Source: an uncultured beta proteobacterium
Lineage (GTDB): Bacteria > Pseudomonadota > Gammaproteobacteria > Burkholderiales > Burkholderiaceae_C
Reading direction: 5' to 3'
Assembly: GCA_903832285.1 (NCBI GenBank)
Contig: CAILAY010000159.1
Span: forward strand, 13,808 to 77,807
DNA length: 64,000 nucleotides
Shown here: positions 57,327 through 64,000 of the stretch, one piece after another
How positions within the stretch are numbered: the stretch's first letter is position 1
How the letters are laid out: each line of letters opens with the position of its first letter
Made by a program: the position numbers and the translations under genes
Notes under the pieces: model-generated
Seen by the model: only the letters and a program-made list of their open reading frames with translations
The model's database searches: none
Told to the model about the DNA's origin: nothing

Positions 57327-57344
57327 AATGTAAACGTTATCATT
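57327..57344. promoter_or_regulatory. second LacI-type operator-like site upstream of the GH1-GH94 operon
   Basis: AATGTAAACGTTATCATT lies 31-48 nt upstream of the GH1 start. The extended 11-mer AAAATGTAAAC (57325-57335) is identical to 38600-38610 in the palindrome upstream of the LacI gene. Confidence 0.5.
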
Positions 57345-57437
57345 CCAAGGATAGCAGATCAAATTGCGATTTGGGCGAGATCTTTCGACAAGGGCGAAAC
57401 TTTCCCGCATCCGGGACCCGCAGGGCGCCGTGACAAG

Positions 57438-57806
57438 TTAGGCGCGTTGGCGCCAGGCGCGGGGCGTGGTCTTCATGCGCGCCCGAAACTCGCGGTTGAA
57501 ATGGGAACTGGTCCTGAAGCCGCAATCTGCGGCAATGGTGGCTACCGGCAGGGTCGGTTCCCGCAATAGCACACAGGCCTCGGCACAGCGCAGGTCGTTT
57601 ACGTAATGGGTATAGGTCTTGCCGGTTTCCCGCTGGAAGAACCGGCTGAAGGCGGCCGGTGATCGCAATACCGCGCCTTGCCAGGCTTGCCAGTGGTTGC
57701 AAAGTGCCCAGTGCCGGAACCGCTGCCTGCTCTTTTTTTTACTCGCATGCCTGAAGCATTCGAAAATTGGGTAAGCGGGTGCACATTGATGGTCATTGGC
57801 GGCCAC
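57438..57806 (-). pseudogene. AraC-family regulator remnant (C-terminal HTH only)
   Basis: Only the C-terminal ~75 aa look AraC-like (SPAAFSRFFQRETGKTYTHYVNDLRCAEACVLL..VATIAADCGFRTSSHFNREFRARMKTTPRAWRQ). The N-terminal ~45 aa are nonsense, and there is no room for a ligand-binding domain before the next genes. Confidence 0.6.
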
Positions 57807-57821
57807 ATTCTTGCCGATTCA

Positions 57822-58088
57822 ATGACTACACTGCGGCGCATGGTGGCAGGCTTCAAGCGCAAATTCAATCTGACTGGCGCGGCAACGGTGTGGGCCGCGT
57901 GGATGGTGCCGGTGCACGCCCAGGAAATGCCGATCCCAGCACCGTCCTACACGAGCCGCGCGGCTACCGAACTTCGCGGCGTGTTCGAGGCGAGCGAGCG
58001 GGACTGGCGCAACGGTGCCGTGATCTATCAGGTGCTGGTGGACCGGTTCGCGCCGTCGGCCCAACTCGAACAAAAGCGCGTCCAGTAG
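57822..58088 (+). pseudogene. truncated 5' fragment of a secreted GH13 alpha-amylase-family gene
   Basis: 88 aa: a signal peptide (..AAWMVPVHAQE) followed by the GH13 N-terminal signature (WRNGAVIYQVLVDRFAPS), then a stop after ~10 more residues. No catalytic regions are present. Confidence 0.55.
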
Positions 58089-58095
58089 CAACACC

Positions 58096-59742
58096 ATGAA
58101 CACATCGAGTCCAGACTGGTGGCGAGGCGCCACGATCTATCAGATCTACCCGCGCAGCTTCGCCGACACCAATGGCGACGGCGTTGGTGACCTGAACGGC
58201 ATCACGCAGCATCTGGACTACGTGGCCAGCCTGGGCGTGGATGGCGTCTGGATTTCACCTTTCTATCCCTCGCCCATGCGCGACTTTGGCTACGACGTAC
58301 AGGACTACCGCGGCGTTGATCCACTCTTCGGCACGCTGGCAGACTTTGATGCCCTGGTGGACCGCGCCCATGCGCTGCACCTCAAGGTGATCATCGACCA
58401 GGTGTGGTCGCACACGGCATTGGAGCATCCATGGTTCGAGCAGAGCCGCCAAAGCCGCGACAACCCCAAGGCCGATTGGTATGTATGGGCCGACGCCAGG
58501 GCCGACGGATCACCGCCGAGCAACTGGCAGAGCTGGATGGGTGGGCCCACATGGACCTGGGACGTGCGTCGCCAGCAGTATTACCTGCACAATTTTTTGC
58601 CGCAGATGCCCGACCTCAACCTGCATTGCCCGGCGGTTCAGGACGCGCTGCTCGAAGTGGGCCGCTTCTGGCTCGAGCGCGGCGTGGATGGATTCAGGCT
58701 GGACACAGCCAACTACTACTGCCACGACCGCAGCTTCACCGACAACCCGCCACAACCCCCCGAGCGCCGCGGCGATTTGCCTGCCTCCATGCAGCAACAC
58801 CTGCACAATATTTGCCAACCCGAGACGCTGGTTTTCCTGCAGCGGGTGCGCCAGCTGACGGACAGCTTCGATGCGCGCATGACCGTGGCGGAGATCGGCT
58901 CGGCCAACAACCTGGAGCGCATGCTGCAATACACGCGTGGCGAGCAGCGGCTGCACACTGCCTACTCCTTTGTGCTGCTGGGCGATCAGCCCATGCCTTG
59001 CGATCTTGCCGATTTGATGAAGCCCTGGCAGCAGGGCGAAGAGGGACTGGCGTCATGGCCATCCTGGGCGCTGTCCAACCACGACGCCATGCGCGTTGCC
59101 AGTCGCTGGGCCCGGGGCGACGACGCAAGAACCCGGCAGTTGCTGGCGTTGCTGGTGTGCCTGCGGGGCACGCTCTTTCTCTACCAGGGGGAAGAGCTGG
59201 GCCTGGCGCAGTCGGATGTGCCGCTGGCACACATTCAGGACCCCGTTGGCAAGGCGCATTGGCCGCGCAACAAGGGGCGTGATGGCTGTCGCACGCCCAT
59301 GCCGTGGGAGTCAGATGCGCCCCATGCCGGCTTCAGCAGCTCGACCCCCTGGCTTCCTCTGGATGCTGCGCAGGTGGCACGCGCGGTCAACGTGCAGGAG
59401 CAGGATCGTGAATCGTGCCTGCAATTGACACGCCGTCTGCTGGGTCTGCGCCGCGCACACGCGGCTCTGCGTCTGGGGCAGTTTGAAGTCCTGCGGGCCG
59501 ACGACAGACTGCTCGTGGTATTGCGGCACTGCGCGGGCGACGCCGTGCTGTGCAGCTTCAACTTGGGCGATCAGGCCGAGACCGTCTCGCTGCCTGCTGT
59601 CTGCGCAGACATCGAACAGGTTCTGGCGCTGGGACAGGTTGAGCAGTGCGGGCAGCAACTCCATCTGGGTCCCTGGGCGGTGATGATTTCGCTGCTGCCC
59701 AACGCGACCGAAAACAGCATCGATCAAGGAGCTTTGTCATGA
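58096..59742 (+). CDS. GH13 alpha-glucosidase (oligo-1,6-glucosidase/AglA-like), cytoplasmic
   Basis: WWRGATIYQIYPRSFAD, DGVWISPFY, KVIIDQVWSHT, nucleophile GVDGFRLDTANYY, acid/base VAEIGS and LSNHDAMR. No signal peptide. Confidence 0.92.
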   Translation: MNTSSPDWWRGATIYQIYPRSFADTNGDGVGDLNGITQHLDYVASLGVDGVWISPFYPSPMRDFGYDVQDYRGVDPLFGTLADFDALVDRAHALHLKVIIDQVWSHTALEHPWFEQSRQSRDNPKADWYVWADARADGSPPSNWQSWMGGPTWTWDVRRQQYYLHNFLPQMPDLNLHCPAVQDALLEVGRFWLERGVDGFRLDTANYYCHDRSFTDNPPQPPERRGDLPASMQQHLHNICQPETLVFLQRVRQLTDSFDARMTVAEIGSANNLERMLQYTRGEQRLHTAYSFVLLGDQPMPCDLADLMKPWQQGEEGLASWPSWALSNHDAMRVASRWARGDDARTRQLLALLVCLRGTLFLYQGEELGLAQSDVPLAHIQDPVGKAHWPRNKGRDGCRTPMPWESDAPHAGFSSSTPWLPLDAAQVARAVNVQEQDRESCLQLTRRLLGLRRAHAALRLGQFEVLRADDRLLVVLRHCAGDAVLCSFNLGDQAETVSLPAVCADIEQVLALGQVEQCGQQLHLGPWAVMISLLPNATENSIDQGALS

Positions 59743-60650
59743 AAAAAATGCGCCTGCTTTTCTTCGCCCTGCTGGGTCTTGTTCTGAGCGCGCTGGTACG
59801 AGCCCAGCCGGTGCCTCAAGTGGCAAGCGGCAGCATCCAGCGGCTGGAGAACTTTCCATCGAAATACGTGGCTGCGCGTCACATCGACGTCTGGTTGCCG
59901 GACGGCTACACGGCGACCAAACGCTACAACGTGCTTTACATGCAGGACGGTCAAGGCTTGTTCGATCCCAGCGCAACCTGGTTCAAGAAGGCCTGGCACG
60001 TGGACATCACGCTGGCGCGGCTGATGCACGAAGGGCGCATTGCCGACACCATCGTCGTGGGCATTGCGAACACGGGCAAGTCGCGCTGGGCAGAATACTT
60101 TCCGGAAAAATTCCTGCCCTGGGTGAGCGAACCCGTGCGGCGCGAATTCATGGCGAAGTGGATGGACATGACGCCCATGGCTGATGCCTATCTGCGCTTC
60201 ATGGTGGAGGAACTCAAGCCGGCAATCGACCAGCGCTTCTCGACCCGGCCGGAGCGCGAACACACCTTCGTCATGGGCTCGAGCATGGGGGGGCTGATTT
60301 CGATCTATGCGATGAATGAATACCCGCAGGTCTTTGGTGGTGCGGCGGGCTTGTCCACACATTGGGTCGGAACCTTTGAGCCGAACTCGGCTTTGCCGTT
60401 GGCGGCTTTCAATTACCTGCGGGAGCATCTGGCCGATCCCCTGAGTCACCGCATTTACATGGACCGTGGCACGGTCGAACTCGACGCGATCTATGGCACT
60501 TACCAGAGCTTCGTGGACGAGATCGTGCGCGACCGTGGCTACGACGCGAGCAACTCCATGTCGCGGGTTTTTGCCGGGGAAGGGCACAACGAAGATGCCT
60601 GGGCCAAGAGGCTGGACATTGCGTTGCTGTTCCTGCTGGGCCCGCACTGA
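59739..60650 (+). CDS. secreted esterase-D/'putative esterase' family alpha/beta hydrolase
   Basis: Signal peptide (LLFFALLGLVLSALVRAQ) and nucleophile elbow GSSMGG. ATGA overlap with the alpha-glucosidase gene. Confidence 0.8.
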   Translation: MKKMRLLFFALLGLVLSALVRAQPVPQVASGSIQRLENFPSKYVAARHIDVWLPDGYTATKRYNVLYMQDGQGLFDPSATWFKKAWHVDITLARLMHEGRIADTIVVGIANTGKSRWAEYFPEKFLPWVSEPVRREFMAKWMDMTPMADAYLRFMVEELKPAIDQRFSTRPEREHTFVMGSSMGGLISIYAMNEYPQVFGGAAGLSTHWVGTFEPNSALPLAAFNYLREHLADPLSHRIYMDRGTVELDAIYGTYQSFVDEIVRDRGYDASNSMSRVFAGEGHNEDAWAKRLDIALLFLLGPH

Positions 60651-60673
60651 AACCCGCCTCAATCCCTCTTGCC

Positions 60674-62596
60674 ATGTCTGCATCCGCGCCCGTTAACCGC
60701 AGCGCCTTTTCCAAGCTGCGAATCACCCAGATCAAGCCACAGGGCTGGGTCCGGGAATTCCTTTGCCGCCAGCAGTCGGGACTCACCGGCAATATCGCGG
60801 TCGCCGGTTACCCCTTCAACACTTGCCTTTGGGCCGGGGAAAAGATGGAAGGTTCACCCACCGCGTGGTGGCCCTACGAGCAGACCGCCTATTTTCTCGA
60901 CGGCGCATTGCGTCTGGGCCATTTGCTGGATGACGCTGAACTGCTGCAGCTGGTGCGCAGCAATTTCGACTACGTGCGCCGGCACGTCCTCGACTCCGGG
61001 CGCTTCCGCACGGAACTCAGCGAGCGCTACCGGCACTGGCCCTACGCCAGTTTCAACCGGGCCCTGATGTGCGAGCACGAGGTCACGGCAGACGCAGGCA
61101 TCGTCGAGCTGCTGCATCGCCACTACCTCACGTTTGCGGCGGCAGATTTTGCGGATGTGCTGGAACTGGCCAATGTGGAGCAACTTTGCTGGCTCTACGA
61201 GAAGACTTCGGACCCGCGCATGCTGGCTATGGCCGAGGCGGCCTATGCGTTGTTTTGCGCTGAGCCACGGTACCGGAATTGGGCCAGCGGCGATATCGAT
61301 TTTCACGCCGCGAACGGACCGGACACGCACGGCGTCGTGTATCTGGAACTCGTCAAGATACCGGCCTTGCTGTATCGCGCGAGCGGCAACGCCGCCTATC
61401 TGGAGGACGCGATTCAGGGTGTACAAACCATGGAGCGCCATCACCTGCTGGTGTCGGGTCTGCCCAGTTCCACTGAACATTTCGCAGGCAAAGCAGCCAA
61501 CGCTGCAACCGAGACCTGCAACACGGCAACGGTCCCTTACAGCTACGGCGTGCTGATGCAGATCACGGGCCACGCGCACTATGCCGATGCGATCGAAAAG
61601 GCGGTCTTCAACGGTGGCCTGGGGGCGATCAGCAAGGACTTTCGCGCGCACCAGTATTTTTCGGCACCCAATCAGGCCGTGTGTACGCTCGACTCCAATC
61701 CCTTCGGCCACCACAGTGCGCGCATGGCTTACCTGCCGGGTCACGACGTGGCGTGCTGCACCGGCAACGTGAATCGCTTCATGCCGTATTTCGTCGAACA
61801 GATGTGGTTGGCGACACCGGACCATGGGCTGGCGGCGGCGCTGCTGGGGCCCAGCACCGTGGTGGCGAAAGTGGGCGTCGAAGGTACTGAGGTGACGATT
61901 GAGGAACTGACCGACTATCCGTTTTCGGAGACCGTCGATTTCAAGATCAAACTCGCGGCACCCACATGGTTTGCGCTGTCGATCCGGATCCCGGCATGGT
62001 GCAGGAAGCCCGAGCTTTGGCTCAACCGTAAGCCTGTGTTGCCGTCGCCTGCCGCGGGGGAGTTCTATCGCTTCGATCGGATCTTTGAAGATGCGGACCA
62101 GATCACGCTGAAGGTCCCGATGGAGGTGAATCTCAGCGCGTGGCCTGACGATGGCGTCGCAGTGGAGCGCGGTCCCCTGGTCTACAGCCTGCCGATCCAG
62201 TCAAAGGACGAAGTGATTGCGGATCGCGCCCGGGCCAGCGCGCAATTTCCCGCCATTGCAAGAGCGCCAGTTCAGCCATGGAATTACGCACTGGACCTCA
62301 ACGGGGGTGCCCCAAAAGTCAAGAGCGCCGAAACTGCTGCACAGTCGAATTACCCTTGGGATCATCCTCCGGTGAAGATCGAGGTGCCGGTCCGCCGGGT
62401 TCCCGCGTGGATACTGAAGACCTACTTTGACGACAGGCTTGGAGTGCCGGTGACAACGACGCCATCGTTTCCCGATTCGATCGGCTCCTTCGGTGAACCG
62501 GAGATCATTGAACTCGTGCCCCTTGGCAGCACGCTGCTGCGGATCACGGTGTTCCCGACCCACCGGTGCCGGACATCCGAAGTGGCTCGCGATTGA
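60674..62596 (+). CDS. GH127-like (DUF1680, beta-L-arabinofuranosidase family) protein, cytoplasmic
   Basis: 640 aa. ETC (in ATETCNTATV) and a CC pair (HDVACCTGNVNR) match the Glu-x-Cys...Cys-Cys zinc/nucleophile arrangement that I recall for GH127 HypBA1. No signal peptide. Confidence 0.7.
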   Translation: MSASAPVNRSAFSKLRITQIKPQGWVREFLCRQQSGLTGNIAVAGYPFNTCLWAGEKMEGSPTAWWPYEQTAYFLDGALRLGHLLDDAELLQLVRSNFDYVRRHVLDSGRFRTELSERYRHWPYASFNRALMCEHEVTADAGIVELLHRHYLTFAAADFADVLELANVEQLCWLYEKTSDPRMLAMAEAAYALFCAEPRYRNWASGDIDFHAANGPDTHGVVYLELVKIPALLYRASGNAAYLEDAIQGVQTMERHHLLVSGLPSSTEHFAGKAANAATETCNTATVPYSYGVLMQITGHAHYADAIEKAVFNGGLGAISKDFRAHQYFSAPNQAVCTLDSNPFGHHSARMAYLPGHDVACCTGNVNRFMPYFVEQMWLATPDHGLAAALLGPSTVVAKVGVEGTEVTIEELTDYPFSETVDFKIKLAAPTWFALSIRIPAWCRKPELWLNRKPVLPSPAAGEFYRFDRIFEDADQITLKVPMEVNLSAWPDDGVAVERGPLVYSLPIQSKDEVIADRARASAQFPAIARAPVQPWNYALDLNGGAPKVKSAETAAQSNYPWDHPPVKIEVPVRRVPAWILKTYFDDRLGVPVTTTPSFPDSIGSFGEPEIIELVPLGSTLLRITVFPTHRCRTSEVARD

Positions 62597-62620
62597 ATCG
62601 CGCTCGAGTGAGGTATCCCC

Positions 62621-63427
62621 ATGAACCCGTCATTTCAGAGTCCAAGTTTCTCGTCCACCTGCCTTGATGGGCGTACTGCGCTGATAACAGGAGGCAGCGG
62701 TGCATTGGGGCAGGTGATGGTGGCTCGACTGCTGGCCCATGGCGCACGGGTCGTGAACCTCGATCCTTGTGCGTTTCCCCTGGCCCTGCCACTTCCGCTT
62801 CGGGCTCGACTCGTGTCGGCGCCGGTCGATATTACGGATGAGCGGGCGGTGACAGAGTTCTTCGAGCAATCCTGCGTCGTGGACGGCAGGCCTCATGTTC
62901 CTGATACCGTAATTTGCCACGCGGGCACGGTATTGCCGGGCGGCTTTGCGAACTACAGCTATACGGATTGGAAGAAGACATTCGAACTCAACCTGAACGC
63001 CCACTTTCTTGTCTGCCGTGCTGCGTTGCCGCTGCTGCATCAGACCGCCACAGCAGAACGTCCGGCGCGCCTGCTCTTCACTTCATCGTGGGTAGGACAA
63101 GTTCCCTGGCCCGGCAACGGCGCGTATTCGCCAAGCAAGGCGGCGATCGACATGTTTGCCAAAGGACTGGCCAGGGAACTTGCGGATCAACACATCCGGG
63201 TCAACGTGCTGGCGCCTGGTATTGTGGGTGCGGGCATGGCCCTCAAGCAGTGGAACGAGGATCCGAGCTACCGGCAACGGGCAAGGCTTGCGATTCCGGT
63301 GGGTCAGCTCCAGACTGCAGAATCGGTGGCGGACGCAACGCTGTTCCTGTGCAGCCGCGCCAGCGACTACATGACCGGCGCGACCCTGCTCGTCGACGGC
63401 GGCGCCTCGCTGTATCCCATGATCTGA
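62621..63427 (+). CDS. SDR-family oxidoreductase
   Basis: TGGSGALG cofactor motif and catalytic YSPSK. 268 aa. Confidence 0.88.
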   Translation: MNPSFQSPSFSSTCLDGRTALITGGSGALGQVMVARLLAHGARVVNLDPCAFPLALPLPLRARLVSAPVDITDERAVTEFFEQSCVVDGRPHVPDTVICHAGTVLPGGFANYSYTDWKKTFELNLNAHFLVCRAALPLLHQTATAERPARLLFTSSWVGQVPWPGNGAYSPSKAAIDMFAKGLARELADQHIRVNVLAPGIVGAGMALKQWNEDPSYRQRARLAIPVGQLQTAESVADATLFLCSRASDYMTGATLLVDGGASLYPMI

Positions 63428-63481
63428 ACGGCGGCTCCGCTGATTAAACCTCACCCATTTCATTCACATCAAAGGCCAGAA

Positions 63482-63838
63482 ATGATACCGCTCCAGGTGC
63501 GCAAATTCGACGCAAGTCAACTCGTCGGCGAGGACTACTATCTGCCGACCGAAAAGCTGATTGCCGGCAACCCCAAGCAGACGCTGTACAAGCATTACTC
63601 GGATGCCAGCGGCAAGTTCTTCACCGGTGTCTGGCAAAGCGAGGCGGGCAAGTGGCACGTCCAGTACAGCGAAGAGGAATACTGCCAACTGCAGCAGGGG
63701 ATAAGCATCATCACCGATCACGAAGGCAATGCGGTCACCGTAAGCGCGGGCGAAAGCTTCGTCATTCCCCGAGGCTTTATCGGCACCTGGGAGGTGGTGG
63801 AACCGACGAAGAAAATCTACGTCGTGTACGAGCCTTAA
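63482..63838 (+). CDS. small cupin-domain protein (DUF861/EutQ-like)
   Basis: 118 aa with a C-terminal cupin barrel pattern (..GKWHVQYSEEEYCQLQQGISIITDHEGNAVTVSAGESFVIPRGFIGTWEV). Confidence 0.65.
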   Translation: MIPLQVRKFDASQLVGEDYYLPTEKLIAGNPKQTLYKHYSDASGKFFTGVWQSEAGKWHVQYSEEEYCQLQQGISIITDHEGNAVTVSAGESFVIPRGFIGTWEVVEPTKKIYVVYEP

Positions 63839-64000
63839 GCCAGAATAGGCGACCCGAGCCCGCTGCACGCCGTGCAAGGAATGCGCTGAGGCAGCTGATC
63901 CGGCTGAAACTTTGCGGTTCGGGCGCACATCTCAAGCAAAACATTCACAACCCTTGCTAAGTCCTTAATTCGAAAGAAGATTTTGCTTTGTGCAACATCC

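Noticed and set aside
57733-57740. T8 homopolymer (A8 on the minus strand, encoding KKK) inside the AraC remnant, considered as a phase-variation switch.
   Set aside because: Neither alternative frame upstream of the tract encodes an AraC-like N-terminal domain. A slippage event therefore could not restore a functional gene, which is consistent with decay rather than phase variation.
1-64000. Search by eye for CRISPR arrays, IS elements or transposases, integrases, tRNA or rRNA genes and classical defence systems.
   Set aside because: None was recognised. There are no repeat-spacer periodicity, no tRNA T-loop/acceptor patterns in intergenic regions, and no DDE, tyrosine- or serine-recombinase motifs in any ORF. 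Absence cannot be proven without tRNAscan, Infernal or ISfinder runs.

Overview
GC-rich, gene-dense chromosomal segment. Gene content and order look betaproteobacterial (Burkholderiales/Comamonadaceae-like); this is inference only, since no search was run. I recognised no rRNA, tRNA, CRISPR array, transposase or integrase. There are five blocks. (1) 1-11.8 kb: flagellar basal-body and export locus, fliE divergent from fliFGHIJKLMNOPQR. (2) 11.8-19.9 kb: a soluble REC-HisKA_3 kinase plus NarL-type regulator, then a chemotaxis operon (small CheZ-like ORF, cheY-cheA-cheW-cheR-cheD-cheB). (3) 19.9-26.2 kb: housekeeping genes (GNAT, ABC-F/Uup, trpC, ung, trmL, comF, BioC-like methyltransferase). 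(4) 26.3-36.6 kb: aa3-type cytochrome c oxidase with a full biogenesis set (coxB, ctaD, 48-aa assembly ORF, ctaG, ctaE, DUF2909-like, SURF1, SCO-like, ctaA, ctaB, SCO1), followed by rpoH. (5) 36.6-64 kb: accessory-looking region. It holds an AT-rich island with an H-NS-N-terminal-like hypothetical protein, selD, and a LacI-controlled carbohydrate locus (TonB-dependent receptor, GH144-like lipoprotein, CUT1 ABC importer, a 1032-aa secreted multidomain six-hairpin protein, S9 hydrolase, divergent GH94 phosphorylase plus GH1 beta-glucosidase). I read that locus as a candidate beta-1,2-glucan/sophoro-oligosaccharide utilisation system. It is followed by a gene-decay scar (AraC and GH13 fragments) and a second operon (GH13 alpha-glucosidase, secreted esterase, GH127-like, SDR, cupin). 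The findings I rate highest are the glucan locus with its unassigned 1032-aa enzyme, a shared 11-mer LacI-type operator linking its two arms, and a short CheZ-like ORF in a che cluster that otherwise lacks cheZ.
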